Source: an uncultured Verrucomicrobiae bacterium (GTDB taxonomy: Bacteria > Verrucomicrobiota > Verrucomicrobiia > Limisphaerales > Palsa-1400). From it: a stretch of DNA of 64,000 nucleotides. Position 1 is the first letter of the stretch; each line of letters begins with the position of its first letter. Both the position numbers and the translations under genes were made by a program. The notes beneath the pieces were generated by a model that was not told the DNA's origin, made no database searches, and saw only the letters and a list, made by a program, of their open reading frames with translations. The stretch is from contig OY969763.1 of the NCBI GenBank assembly GCA_963702845.1, forward strand, positions 4,960,001 to 5,024,000, given 5' to 3'. This document shows, one piece after another, positions 30,664 through 41,900 of the stretch.

Positions 30664-32316
30664 ATGACTTTTCTTCCCATCGTCGCGCGTGAACTGCGCG
30701 TGGCCTCGCGACGCCGTGGAGCGTGGCTGACACGCGTCAGTGCGGCGTTCATTGGAATTGCGATCGGCACCTTTTTGCTTCTTGTCGAAGCGGGCGAGCA
30801 ACCGACACGACTCGGCAAGGAACTGTTCACTACCGTTGCCTCTTTTCTATTTATCTACACCACGATCGCCGGCGCGCTGGTGACTTGTGATTGCCTGGCG
30901 GAAGAGAAACGCGAAGGGACGATGGGGCTTTTGTTTTTAACCGACTTGAAAGGCTATGACGTGGTGTTTGGAAAACTCGCGGCGACTTCGCTGAACACGA
31001 TTTACGGAATGTTGGCGGTGGTGCCGCTGATGGCGATTCCAATTTTGCTCGGCGGCGTGGCTAGCGCGGAATTCTGGCGAGTCGTGATCGTCGCAACGAA
31101 CCTGCTGCTGTTCTCGCTCTCGGTCGGCATCGTCGCCTCGTCGGTTTCCCGCAGCGAACATCGCGCGATGTTCCTGTCGTTTGTAATTCTCGGAACAATG
31201 ATCATCGGCCCATGGCTCGCGTCTATGTATAGCTGGCGTCGGTCTGGCCAGTCGGCCGATTGGCTGGCCTTGCTCAGCCCGGCTGTAGGATGTTTCACCG
31301 CTTTCGATGATTCGATGCGAAGCCCGCAAGTACGAATGGCGTTTTGGACGAACGTCACATGCACCCAAATTTATTTTTGGTTCTTCATCCTGATCGCCTG
31401 TCGCGTCGTGCCGCGTTCATGGCAGGAAGCTGGCCCGCGCTTTCGATCACATGGAATTTTTGGAATGTTCCGCGAGATGCTCGAGGGCGCGGCCGAAGTC
31501 CGCGCTGCTCGCCGCTCAAGGATGCTCGAAATTAATCCTTACTTTTGGCGCGCAGCCCGAAAACGTAGCAAAGATTTACTGGTATGGGTATTGGTCATCG
31601 GCGCGGCCCTCTTCTGGCTTTTGACAAGCCCGACTGGCGGCGATACGTATTTCGATGTCGGTCGCGATATTTTTGTTGTTGTGCTGGTGAACGCCGCCCT
31701 CAAATGGTGGGTCACGGCTGAAGCGTGCAGACATTTGTCTGATGATCGGCGAAGCGGCGGCCTCGAATTGCTGCTATCTACGCCATTGAGCGAGCACGAA
31801 ATCATCCGTGGCCAACGTCGCGCGCTGATGCACCAGTTCGGCGGCCCCGTCGCTGTCGTATTGATAGTTGATTTTATTTTTCTGCTGATGACGTTGAAGC
31901 ACGGCACGCCTGACGAGCGTTCCGGTTGGGTGATGGTTTACCTGATTTTTGGCGGGTTTCTTGCGTTCGACCTGATCGCGCTGAGCACGGTTGGAATGTG
32001 GCTGGGACTTTCCGGCCGCAAAACCAACCGCGCCACCATCGTCGCACTGATGCGCATCGTGTTGTTGCCGACGGCCGCTTTCACTGTTGCAGGAATTTTA
32101 ATTGCCATCATGGCTCCAAGTGGCAACCCGAGTTTGATGGGTTTTGGTATTTTCTGGATCGTGCTGTGTATCGTCACGAACCTGGTGTTCATGGCGAGCG
32201 CGAACAATCACCTCCGCCAGTTTCGCGACGTCCTTGCCCAGCGGTTCGCAACTAAAGTTGTTGAACAATCTGCGCAGGCGATTAACGCGAAGTCGCAGGT
32301 CGCGATCGCCAAATAA
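30664..32316 (+). CDS. ABC-2-type transporter permease-like membrane protein (duplicated domain)
   Basis: EKREGTMGLLFLTDL and DRRSGGLELLLSTPL motifs; about 12 TM helices. Confidence 0.8.
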   Translation: MTFLPIVARELRVASRRRGAWLTRVSAAFIGIAIGTFLLLVEAGEQPTRLGKELFTTVASFLFIYTTIAGALVTCDCLAEEKREGTMGLLFLTDLKGYDVVFGKLAATSLNTIYGMLAVVPLMAIPILLGGVASAEFWRVVIVATNLLLFSLSVGIVASSVSRSEHRAMFLSFVILGTMIIGPWLASMYSWRRSGQSADWLALLSPAVGCFTAFDDSMRSPQVRMAFWTNVTCTQIYFWFFILIACRVVPRSWQEAGPRFRSHGIFGMFREMLEGAAEVRAARRSRMLEINPYFWRAARKRSKDLLVWVLVIGAALFWLLTSPTGGDTYFDVGRDIFVVVLVNAALKWWVTAEACRHLSDDRRSGGLELLLSTPLSEHEIIRGQRRALMHQFGGPVAVVLIVDFIFLLMTLKHGTPDERSGWVMVYLIFGGFLAFDLIALSTVGMWLGLSGRKTNRATIVALMRIVLLPTAAFTVAGILIAIMAPSGNPSLMGFGIFWIVLCIVTNLVFMASANNHLRQFRDVLAQRFATKVVEQSAQAINAKSQVAIAK

Positions 32317-34344
32317 CTAGTTCGTGGCGCTCCGCATTGCGGCGAACAGGCTCTTGCCCGATTCGACGGTAACGGGTGTCTTCGATTTTTCGTCGCCGTG
32401 TTCCACCAGGTCTTCCGGGAGTTCCTGGAGGAACGGGGACGGATGGCATGGCAATGCCTGGCCATATTTTTTGCGGGCCTGACAGTGACTCAGCGTCAGA
32501 GTTTGCATCGCGCGAGTCATGCCGACGTAAAATAGCCGGCGTTCTTCGTCCAAAGTATCTTCAATTTTCGAGCGCGAGTGCGGCAGGAGTCCATCTTCCA
32601 TACCGACGATGAACACATGGGGAAATTCCAAGCCTTTGCAACTGTGCATCGTGATGAGCGTCACCGCATCACCTGTTTCTTTTTCCTCCTCGCGATCTGA
32701 GTCGAGGGTGATGTCGTCGAGAAATTCTCCCAACCGTTTCGCGGGCGTCGGGGCTTCGTCCGTCCTGTTGAGCGACAAAATCAACTCCTTCAAGTTTTGC
32801 ACACGGGAATCGGCAGCTTCAGGGGTTTTTTCACCGCGACGGATGTCACTGATGTAACCGATCTCATCGATGAAGCTGTCCGCCCATGATTGCAGGGAGA
32901 TCGACTGTTCCTCGATCAACGGGGCTTGTGTTCGTTCGATAAATTCGGTGAAGGCGCGAATGGAGTCAGCGGTTCTGGTTTGAAATGTCGCGAGCACTGC
33001 GTCGTTTTTCATGGCGCAGTAAACGGGGCAATGATGCTCCTGGCTCGCAGCCAGCAGCCGCTCCATCGTCACGTCGCTCAGGCCACGCGCCGGGGTGTTG
33101 GCGACCCGTAGCAAACTCACGTCGTCGTTCGGGTTGATGAACATTTTGATGTAGGCCAAAAAATCTTTGATTTCGCGACGATCGAAATAGCTTTGGCCGC
33201 CGATGAGATGATAGCGAATGCCGGATTGGCGCAACGCGGTTTCCAAAACGCGCGACTGCTGGTTCGTACGGAAAAGAATGGCATGCGAGCCCCACGGGAC
33301 CTTGTGAGCGAGGCGGTTGAATTCGATTTGTTCGGCAGTGCGTTTGGATTCTTCTTCATCCTCCATGTAGGTTTGGAGGACGATTTTCTTACCGACACCG
33401 TTTTGCGACCAGAGTTGTTTCGGGCGACGGCGCGCGTTGTTTTTGATGACGGCGTTGGCGGCGTTGAGGATGGTTGTTGTCGAACGATAGTTTTGCTCGA
33501 GTTTGACGATTTTTACTTTCGGAAAATACCGCTCGAGTTCCAGCAGGTTGGCGATTTCCGCGCCGCGCCAACCGTAAATACTTTGGTCGTCGTCGCCGAC
33601 AACGCAGAGGTTCTGGTGTTCGCACGTCAGTAAATGGACCAACTTGAACTGAGCGGCGTTGGTGTCCTGATATTCGTCGACCATGACGTATTTGTATTTC
33701 GTGCGGCAGACGTCGAGAGCATCGGGATGCTCCTTGAAGAGGCGCAACGTGAGCAAAATCAGGTCGTCAAAATCAACTGCGTTGCAGGCGTGGAGAGCGC
33801 TTTCGTAGCGCTTACGGACATGTTCGGCGAGAGCGGCCACGTTTGGGTCGGAGAACGCTTTAGAATTTTCGCCGGCGTTTTTATATTTGCTCAGCAGCGC
33901 GAGCACATCCCCGGGATCGGCCTTGTTTGATTTGTCGTTGATGTGGCTAAGGATTTTCTTAATCGCCCCGAGTTGTTCCGATTCGCTGTAAATGACGAAA
34001 TTACGTTTATATCCAAGCTTATCGATGTGCTGGCGCAAAATGCGCACGCACAAGGAGTGAAAGGTGCAGATAGTCGGGCGTGGCGGTTTCTCGCCGTTCT
34101 CGGTTTTACGCCTAACCGGACCAATAGTCTTGGTCACACGTTCCCGCATTTCGCGCGCGGCTTTGTTGGTGAAAGTAACAGCCAGGACGTTTCCCGGGTT
34201 AACTCCCTTTTCAATCAAGTGCGCGATTCGAAAAGTGATGACGCGCGTCTTGCCCGTGCCCGCGCCAGCCAGGATCAAAACCGGACCTTCCGTGGTCTGA
34301 ACAGCAGTACGTTGAGGCGGATTAAGCGCGGACAAATTTAGCAC
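32317..34344 (-). CDS. ATP-dependent DNA helicase, UvrD/Rep/PcrA family
   Basis: AGAGTGKT, VDEYQDTN, GDDDQSIY, MHSCKGLEF and EERRLFYVGMTRA motifs. Confidence 0.95.
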   Translation of the reverse strand: MLNLSALNPPQRTAVQTTEGPVLILAGAGTGKTRVITFRIAHLIEKGVNPGNVLAVTFTNKAAREMRERVTKTIGPVRRKTENGEKPPRPTICTFHSLCVRILRQHIDKLGYKRNFVIYSESEQLGAIKKILSHINDKSNKADPGDVLALLSKYKNAGENSKAFSDPNVAALAEHVRKRYESALHACNAVDFDDLILLTLRLFKEHPDALDVCRTKYKYVMVDEYQDTNAAQFKLVHLLTCEHQNLCVVGDDDQSIYGWRGAEIANLLELERYFPKVKIVKLEQNYRSTTTILNAANAVIKNNARRRPKQLWSQNGVGKKIVLQTYMEDEEESKRTAEQIEFNRLAHKVPWGSHAILFRTNQQSRVLETALRQSGIRYHLIGGQSYFDRREIKDFLAYIKMFINPNDDVSLLRVANTPARGLSDVTMERLLAASQEHHCPVYCAMKNDAVLATFQTRTADSIRAFTEFIERTQAPLIEEQSISLQSWADSFIDEIGYISDIRRGEKTPEAADSRVQNLKELILSLNRTDEAPTPAKRLGEFLDDITLDSDREEEKETGDAVTLITMHSCKGLEFPHVFIVGMEDGLLPHSRSKIEDTLDEERRLFYVGMTRAMQTLTLSHCQARKKYGQALPCHPSPFLQELPEDLVEHGDEKSKTPVTVESGKSLFAAMRSATN

Positions 34345-34449
34345 GACGGCGGATTTTAGGGATGCGCCGCGGACGTTGCTAGAGAATTACCGTTCGTCCG
34401 GAAACTTTTCTGATTTACAGATCAGAAAACTTTTGTTTCTCGCGACGGT

Positions 34450-35517
34450 TTACATCGCGGCACTGGCCGCGCCAACCGCCACCGCCAGTTGCGATGACAT
34501 TTGTTCCAACTCGGTAGCCTGCTCCGGCGGGAGTCCTTCGACCTGCAACTCGCGCGCAGGATTCCACGTTTCGCAGCTAATCATCATCTCCGTCTGGAGC
34601 TGGTCGCGGATGTAATCAGAACGTGCCGCGCCGCCAGAGAGATAAACCTTTTCCACATGCTGATCATGTTGGTGCTCGAAGAAGTCGACCGAAGCGCGCA
34701 GTTCGCGCCCGAGTGGCGCCACCAGCGGTTGCAGGTGGTCCTCGACTTCCGTCGGCATACCGACCTTGATCCCCTCGGCTTCGGCGTAACTAATGCCCAT
34801 CGACTCAGAGAGCCCGGACGTCAGCTTGTCGCCGCCGATTTCAACGACGCGGCTTAAAAGCAAATTGCCTTTGGAAACAATGTTAATTGTCGAATGTTTG
34901 AAACCCAGATCAACCAGGGCGAAGACTTTCGTCTCAAAAATGTCAGGGTGCACAAACTCAAACGCGTTGACCGGCCCAACGATCGTCAAAGCCACTTCAT
35001 CAGGAATAAACCCAGCCGTCTTGACGGCAGTTTGGAGATCATTGATGAGACTGGTCTTCGCACCGCCGGTCCATACTTTGAATTTTTGAACTGAGCCTTT
35101 TACGCTCTCGGTTTTCTTTTTCGGGTCATTCGGAACGATGTAACAGTCAAACGTGTGATCGGAGAGATCGTGTTGCAGATAGGCTTTGCTGTTCAATTGC
35201 AACATCTGCCGCATTTGGCTGACCGGCAGCAACGGCAGTTCAATGCCGCGCAAAATGGAATCGTGCGCACTGATCGAGAGGGTCATCTGCCGGGTTTTTG
35301 GCTCGAGCGACTGCGCCACCTCGCGCAAGTGTTCTGCCAACATCGTCGCCGAAAATCCATGTTCGTATACCGGCGCCTCTTTAATCGCGTAGCGCGCCAA
35401 TCTGAAGCCGTTGCCGCTTCTCTGCAGCAGCACGGCTTTTGTCGTGCGCCCGCCGAGATCGATCGAAAGGACCTGGTCGCGCTTCTTCTGGCCCACTAGA
35501 GGGAAGTTGAAATTCAT
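34450..35517 (-). CDS. pilM: Type IV pilus assembly PilM-like protein
   Basis: SIDLGGRTTKAV, VDLG, GGDKLT, ELRASVDFF and YLSGGAA actin-fold motifs; LAVAVGAA tail. Confidence 0.8.
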   Translation of the reverse strand: MNFNFPLVGQKKRDQVLSIDLGGRTTKAVLLQRSGNGFRLARYAIKEAPVYEHGFSATMLAEHLREVAQSLEPKTRQMTLSISAHDSILRGIELPLLPVSQMRQMLQLNSKAYLQHDLSDHTFDCYIVPNDPKKKTESVKGSVQKFKVWTGGAKTSLINDLQTAVKTAGFIPDEVALTIVGPVNAFEFVHPDIFETKVFALVDLGFKHSTINIVSKGNLLLSRVVEIGGDKLTSGLSESMGISYAEAEGIKVGMPTEVEDHLQPLVAPLGRELRASVDFFEHQHDQHVEKVYLSGGAARSDYIRDQLQTEMMISCETWNPARELQVEGLPPEQATELEQMSSQLAVAVGAASAAM

Positions 35518-35565
35518 GGGGATGTCTTCTTGATAGTTCTCGTCTGTGACAAATTAACAACGTTG

Positions 35566-37773
35566 TTACTCTGATACAGTGGTGTAGCGTTGTGTCAGTG
35601 GAATTTCGTTCCAGGTTCTAATGGCGAAGGCAGCGGTCGGACCGGTCTTCCTGAGCTCTTCGTCGTAATGGAAGTGGAAGTGACCATTGAGAGTCGCTGA
35701 ATTTACGACGGCCGCGCCAATGAAGTCGGTCGTGTTGTTACCGCCGCCATTTAACGAAAAGTCCGCCTCTGGGGCATATATAGAGCCAGTGAATCCCGCG
35801 TTGCCGGAGAGTGAGATGCTGGTGTTACCAGGCAGACCATAATACATGAAGCTCGTTGCAAGGCCATCCTGGTTCCACACGCCATTTCCTGAAAGTTTGA
35901 CGCTCGGCGCTGAAGTGTAGAGCTTGAGAGTGGCGCCAGGGGCGATCGTGATGGAGGAGGTGTTGATGTCGTCGGTGACATACAGGACAGCATTACCAGT
36001 TACCAGGACGTCTCCGCTGAGAGTGCCAATCTCGTAATTGCCGTTGCCGAGCAGAAAATCATAGGAGCTCGCGGTTGGAGCTGTGGTTGTTGTCGTATAG
36101 ATATAATAGGTGTAACTGACGATTTGTGCCCAGGTCCAACCGGTGATCAGGCTGTAGGTGTAGCTGGCAATCCCTTCATAAGTGTAACCAGAAACCTGGT
36201 TATAGGTATAACTGGTGATCTGGCTGGAAGTATAACCGGTGATCTTGCTGTATGAGTAGCCTGAGATGGGATACCAGTTCCACGCAGAACTGTTATTATT
36301 ACCATTACCGCCCTGCCAAGGGGGGGTCGAAGGGCAGTAGGTCCCGACGGCAGGACGATTTTTATCCGAAGCAACCGAAGTGCTACAATTGGTCGTCACA
36401 CTGCCCAGGTAAGATCCAGCACCCGGGTAACCGCCGGAGCTCGCGGGCGTCGTATTAGTTGTCACTGCGCCTAGATAGGTGCCAGCGGATGGGTAACTGC
36501 TAGAGATCGTGGAGGTGGTATTAGTTAACACCAGACCCACATAGGTCCCAGCGGTTGGATAGCTCGAGGAAGTGGTCACAACGGTGTTGGTTACAGGGGT
36601 TCCAATATAGCCGGTAGGAAATGAGGAGCTGCTGAGGTTCGCGGTATTGGTTATGACTGCCCCAACATAGGTTCCGGCGGTGGGAAACGTTGTCGTTGTT
36701 GTAGTCGTTGTATTTTGGTTGGGCGTGCCGAGATAGGTTCCAGCGGAAGGAAAACTGGTAGTCGTAACGGTTACTGTGTTGGTCGTGATGGGGTCCATCC
36801 CAGCCGGCCAGGTCGTCACTGTATTTGTGACTATCGCCGCGTTCCGAGCAGCATTTGTCGATATACCAGGACCAGGCGTCAAATAACCACCGGTAAATGG
36901 CACTTGCACGTCCGGAAGATAGACGTTCATGTCATCGGAGAAATAGCCGGGCTCGATGCCGCTGTGCGACTGCTGCCAGGCAAGGTCACCGACTGCACCA
37001 TTAGGTCCGAGGGCTATGCTTCCGCCCGGTCCAGTTTCAGCGTGTCCGTAGATATTCGCATTGCCGAGGTTCACAGAATTGATAAGACCCGAGACAACTG
37101 CGATGTCGCCGTTTGCCTTATTTTTGGTCGGGTCGTACTGACCTCCCGTGCTGTAGGCGGGATCGCTTGAATCGAAGCTGTCGGTTTGAACGCCGTTACC
37201 ATGCATGTCGATGCTGTTTTTTGCCACGAGGCCGTGGGCAAAGATGGCTTGCGATCCGCAGTTGACTTGAACCTTGCGGGCGACATCCGAAGAACCGATC
37301 CCAGTTTGAGTCTGCGTTCCAATCTGCGCAAGAAAGGGAAACGGCGCACCGAAAATAGTGCCAGTCAGACTGGCAAGATGTCCCTGGGACACCACCGCAG
37401 GGTTGGTCCTAGAAAACGGAGCAACTGTAACAATATCAACTGTGTAGCCGGCGCCGTTCGGTAAGGAGGTCGTCTTTTCATATCCTATATCGATGGCATT
37501 CCAGCCTTGGGTGGCCCAGGGGTTGTTGCCGGATTGATGTGTAATATCCGAGTAAGCGCAGTCGTAGTTCAAGTGCGCCATCGCTTCTTCGATGCCCGCC
37601 TCGACAATCGGAATGCTGGCATTCCAATTTTGGGAACGCGCCACGGCCTTGTTCTCCCCATCGGTCAAGTTGAGGAAGGTCAGCAGCGCCAACCCTGCGA
37701 AGCCCAGGATGCAAATCGCAACGATTAGAACATTGGCGCGCTCGCTTTTTCTTTGAGTGATTTTAGTTTTCAT
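35566..37773 (-). CDS. PilX/GspK-like minor pilin with beta-helix-like body and internal Thr/Tyr-rich repeat insertion
   Basis: Basic leader plus hydrophobic helix lacking E5; VEAGIEEAMAHL; DSFDSSDP...GDI; C-terminal SLSGN repeats, GSIYAP, FHYDE. Confidence 0.75.
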   Translation of the reverse strand: MKTKITQRKSERANVLIVAICILGFAGLALLTFLNLTDGENKAVARSQNWNASIPIVEAGIEEAMAHLNYDCAYSDITHQSGNNPWATQGWNAIDIGYEKTTSLPNGAGYTVDIVTVAPFSRTNPAVVSQGHLASLTGTIFGAPFPFLAQIGTQTQTGIGSSDVARKVQVNCGSQAIFAHGLVAKNSIDMHGNGVQTDSFDSSDPAYSTGGQYDPTKNKANGDIAVVSGLINSVNLGNANIYGHAETGPGGSIALGPNGAVGDLAWQQSHSGIEPGYFSDDMNVYLPDVQVPFTGGYLTPGPGISTNAARNAAIVTNTVTTWPAGMDPITTNTVTVTTTSFPSAGTYLGTPNQNTTTTTTTTFPTAGTYVGAVITNTANLSSSSFPTGYIGTPVTNTVVTTSSSYPTAGTYVGLVLTNTTSTISSSYPSAGTYLGAVTTNTTPASSGGYPGAGSYLGSVTTNCSTSVASDKNRPAVGTYCPSTPPWQGGNGNNNSSAWNWYPISGYSYSKITGYTSSQITSYTYNQVSGYTYEGIASYTYSLITGWTWAQIVSYTYYIYTTTTTAPTASSYDFLLGNGNYEIGTLSGDVLVTGNAVLYVTDDINTSSITIAPGATLKLYTSAPSVKLSGNGVWNQDGLATSFMYYGLPGNTSISLSGNAGFTGSIYAPEADFSLNGGGNNTTDFIGAAVVNSATLNGHFHFHYDEELRKTGPTAAFAIRTWNEIPLTQRYTTVSE

Positions 37774-37782
37774 AGCAGTGAA

Positions 37783-38328
37783 TTATTTTTTCCGTATGAC
37801 AATTTTCGCAGTTTGGACGACTTCCGTATTGTAGAGCGCCGACCCGTAAAGGCTGCGTTTACAGGTCCAGGTGACCTGAACGACTTTGCAAAGGGCCGCA
37901 TTGGAGGTAATCGGATATTGGTTGTAGGTGTTGTTACTGGTGTTCCGCTGAAAAAGGTCAAAACGCAAATCAGTGCAATGATCCAGTAACTTGGTGGCAT
38001 TCCCATTCTTCCAGCGCATCAGACTCTGGGCATTGGGATCGTAAATAAATTTTAGGGTTTGATGGTCGGGGGCATCTTCGAAATCGAGTTCCTTTGCGGT
38101 GTTTGCCACAAGACCGAAAGTCTGCCGAATATCCATCGTCATGTGGTCCAAGGCATTTCGGCTTTCATTTTCCAGATCGGCATAGTTCGCCACCGCGGCG
38201 AAGCTGCGCATCGTGAACAGCGAAATTGAGGCGAGCGTCGTCAGAACTACCGCTCCAATGCCCGTAGCCACGAGCATTTCAACCAGGGTCATGCCAGAGA
38301 AGGTGCGCTTTTTGAGCTTAATAAACAT
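37783..38328 (-). CDS. Prepilin-type protein (PilW-like)
   Basis: KKRTFSG|MTLVEMLVA class III signal. Confidence 0.85.
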   Translation of the reverse strand: MFIKLKKRTFSGMTLVEMLVATGIGAVVLTTLASISLFTMRSFAAVANYADLENESRNALDHMTMDIRQTFGLVANTAKELDFEDAPDHQTLKFIYDPNAQSLMRWKNGNATKLLDHCTDLRFDLFQRNTSNNTYNQYPITSNAALCKVVQVTWTCKRSLYGSALYNTEVVQTAKIVIRKK

Positions 38329-38794
38329 ATTGTTGTAAGCCCTGACGAGCCACGAGGGTTTGCATCGTGCGGGTGCGCTGCACGCCGGAGGAGGTCCAGT
38401 TCAAGGTCACCGTCACCAGCTTCAAATCGGACGAATAGCTGGTACCCAATGGCGAATTCACGATGGTCATGGTGCCGTTGTAGGTCACACCAATAGCCGT
38501 GCCAGAAGTGTCAACCGAATAATTCTCGGTGAAATTGGTCGGGATAACGAACCCGTTGGCACCGTTGATCTGGTCCCACGTGTAAAGGCGGATGGTTTCG
38601 AACTTTTCGAGAATAAGCTGAGTCGCGCGCAGATTCTCACGGGTAACCTGAGTCACGCTCATGCCGTAAGTAATTCCTGTATACAGACTTAAGGTCCCTA
38701 AAAGAACCAAAACGGAAGCAACAAACGTCTCCAGCAGCGTGAACGCGTGGCTGCCGCAGCGTTTCGAAGTCGTTAATGCTAAGCGTAATTTCAT
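38318..38794 (-). CDS. Prepilin-type protein (PilV-like)
   Basis: Start moved to MKLRL (38794); SHA|FTLLE; RATQLILEKFETIR; VTVTLNW. Confidence 0.8.
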   Translation of the reverse strand: MKLRLALTTSKRCGSHAFTLLETFVASVLVLLGTLSLYTGITYGMSVTQVTRENLRATQLILEKFETIRLYTWDQINGANGFVIPTNFTENYSVDTSGTAIGVTYNGTMTIVNSPLGTSYSSDLKLVTVTLNWTSSGVQRTRTMQTLVARQGLQQYVY

Positions 38795-38967
38795 CTGTTT
38801 TTGCCGAGCGTTGTCAATTCTCGTCGGATTCTTACTAGCATTAGCCTTGCCATCATCAAATTGGCGAAAATAGGGCGTTGTCGTTGACAGAGAGCGCCGT
38901 AGACAGCAAAGCCAGGGCAGTTTGTCTTGGACGCAACACAAACCCGCAGGCATGATATTAGAAGAGG

Positions 38968-41900
38968 ATGCCAGCCAACGGCCAACAAGTGATGTTACCG
39001 GAGCAATTGCGCCTGCAGTTTGCATCCGTGGAACGCAGGCTTTGGCGCGTCGAAACAGCCGTCGCGGTCTGTTCTGTCGTCGCGGCGCTGGTGATTTCGT
39101 GGTTGATGCTCTTTGTTTCCGATCGCATTTGGCCCACGCCGGTCTGGTTGCGCGCCCTGTTATTCGGTATCGGTCTGGCGGTGGGTGCCGTCGCGGTGCT
39201 GCGTTGGATGGATCGTTGGGTCTGGCACAAACGCGACCAGCGTGAACTGGCGATGTTGGTGCAAAAGAAATACCGCAAACTCGGCGATCGCTTGTTGGGT
39301 ATCGTGGAACTTGCCGGTGAACACCAGCATTCCGCTAATTTTTCCCCTGCCCTGTATCGCGCCGCGATTGAGCAAGTGGCTAACGAGGCGGTCGGTTATA
39401 ATTTTCCGGCCAGCGTCAGTTCGCAGGCAGCGCGCAAATTTTCCACAATCGCGGCGGCGGCGATCATTTGTTTAATGCTCGCGTGTGTGGCGTTGCCGCT
39501 GGCGAGTTGGAATTCGATGCTTCGTTGGGTTCTGCCCGCGGCCAATATTCCGCGTTATACGCTGGTGACGCTTGAAGGGTTCCCCGCGGAAATCATCGTT
39601 CCGCACGGTGAACCGTTCGCGCTGTCTGGTCACGTGAATTACCGTTCGTTCTGGAAACCGCATAATATTTTCGGATTGATCGGCACCCAACCGAAGATCG
39701 CGGGTTCGTCACGATCAGGCAGCGTGCAATTGCAGGTGCCGGCCCAGGTGGAGAATGGCGTGTTGGTTGTCCGCGCGGGCGACGCAGAAACGCGCGTCAA
39801 GATTTTGCCGAGCTTACGTCCCGCGATTAAAGACCTGAGTGCATCCATCCAACTGCCATCATACCTTCGTTACGAACCGCAAACGCAAAAGCTCAATAGC
39901 GGTGCGTTACTCGTGCTCGAAGGAAGCCGTGCCGCGTTCGCGGGCAGTATGACTCGTCCGCTCATCGAAGCGAACATGAGCAGTGAACCGGGCTCAGCTA
40001 TTCCATTGAAATTGAAGGACGAAAATTTTTCCACCGAGCCAACTCCGGTCGATGGTGTTTCGCACTTCACGATGACGTGGAAGGATAATTTAGGGCTCAC
40101 CAATGCAGCGCCGTTGCGGCTCTCGGTCCAGACGCAAAAAGATTCCCCACCGATGCCCGAGTTACCGGATTTACCGCGCGATTGCGCCATGCTCGCCAGC
40201 GACGTTCTCACGATTAAACTCGAAGCACGCGACGACTTCGGGGTGCGCGACATCGGTTTGGTATGGGATTTCGCGTCCGATAACCCAGGCTCGCAAAGCG
40301 CCGTTACGGAAACAAAAGTCCAAACCGAATCGCCGCACGAAAAGAAAACTGAGCACGAGTTTAAGTGGAGCCCGTCGCTTTGTCGCATCCCGCCTGATTC
40401 GGTTGTGGAACTCCAGGGCTATGCGCGCGATTACTATCCTGAACGCGAACGCGTTCGTACTCCGCCGTATCGCATTCGTGTTTTAAGTCCCGAACAACAT
40501 GCGGAAATGTTGCGCCAACGTCTGGAAGCCTTGATGTCCAGCTCCGAAGAAGTCACACGTGCCCAGGAAAAAGTCGTCGCGAACGCACGCGACGCGAAAG
40601 AAAACGCCAAGCTCAACGAACAACAACAAAACGCGCGCCTCGGCCAAACCAAGGACGACCAAAACCGCAACGCAAACGATTTGCAAAATCTCGCCAAAGC
40701 GGGCGAACGTGTTCTGCAGGAAGCGATGAAGAACCCGATCTTCAAGGAAGACACGGTGCAAAAATGGAGCAAGACGTTGCAGCAATGGCAGGATCTCGCG
40801 AAACAAAAAATGGGCGATGCCGCCAAGTCGATGCAATCAGCCCAGCAAAGTTCGAAGAACTCCGACGCGCGCCAACAAGAGATGGCCAAGGCTGTGCAAA
40901 AAGCGCAGGAAGCGCTCGAAGCTTTGCAAAAGATGCAGCAGAAGGCCTCAGAAAATCTCGATCAGTTGCAGGCCTTAACGCTCGCTGAGCGCCTTCGCCG
41001 GGCCGGCGCACGAGAAACTGAAATCAGCGGTGACCTGCAAAAGAACGCGCAGGAAACCGTTGGGCTGTTGCCGAGCGAGTTGCCTGACAAATTGAAACAG
41101 CAGGACGCAACTTTGGCGAACGGCCAACAAGCGGTGCAACAGGAAGCCAGCAAGCTGCAATCGGAGATCAGCCGTTTTTCCGAGCGCACCAGCAAAGTGA
41201 ATTATCTCGAGGTAAGCAAGGCCATGAAAGAATCGCGCACCTCCGACGAACTCGATCGTCTCGGCGGCGAAATTCGCGACAACATCGTTCTGCAATCCTC
41301 CACCGACTTGGGCGAGTGGTCGAAACGTTTTGACGATTGGGCTAAAAAGCTCGAGCCGGAAAAAGATTCTCAAGGCGGCGACGGCAAAGGCAGCGGGCAA
41401 TCCAAGAAAAACGACATGACAAAAACGCTGGTCGCACTCCTTCGGCTGCGCGAAGGGGAACTTACCTTGCGCGATCAAACCAGTTTGCTCGACGGCAATC
41501 GTGGCACTGAAAACGATTACAAAAGCGCCGCCAAGGACCTCGCCGCGAAACAAAAAGAAATCGCCGATAAACTCGACGCTCTGGAAAAGGACAACAGCAT
41601 TCCCTCGTTGATGAAGCCGTTTGTCGAAACTTATGACTCGCTCGCTGAAGCGCAGGGGCTCCTGGACAAACCGCAAACCGACAAAACCACCGACGACGCC
41701 CAGGTCAAATCCGTTGACCTCATGACCGACTTGATCAACTTGATCAATGAACAGGCGAAACGTCCGCCACCGCAATCGCAACCGCAGCAATCCGAGCAAC
41801 AATCCAGCGCGGAAGATATGGCTTTCCTCATGCAGATGATGAAAAACGCGCGCGAAAGCCAGAGCAAGCCGATGCAGAATTCCGGCGGTGGTAACACTAG

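Noticed and set aside
32317..34344. UvrD helicase as part of an anti-phage system (for example Gabija)
   Set aside because: Full-length housekeeping PcrA/Rep-like sequence with no adjacent nuclease or OLD-family gene
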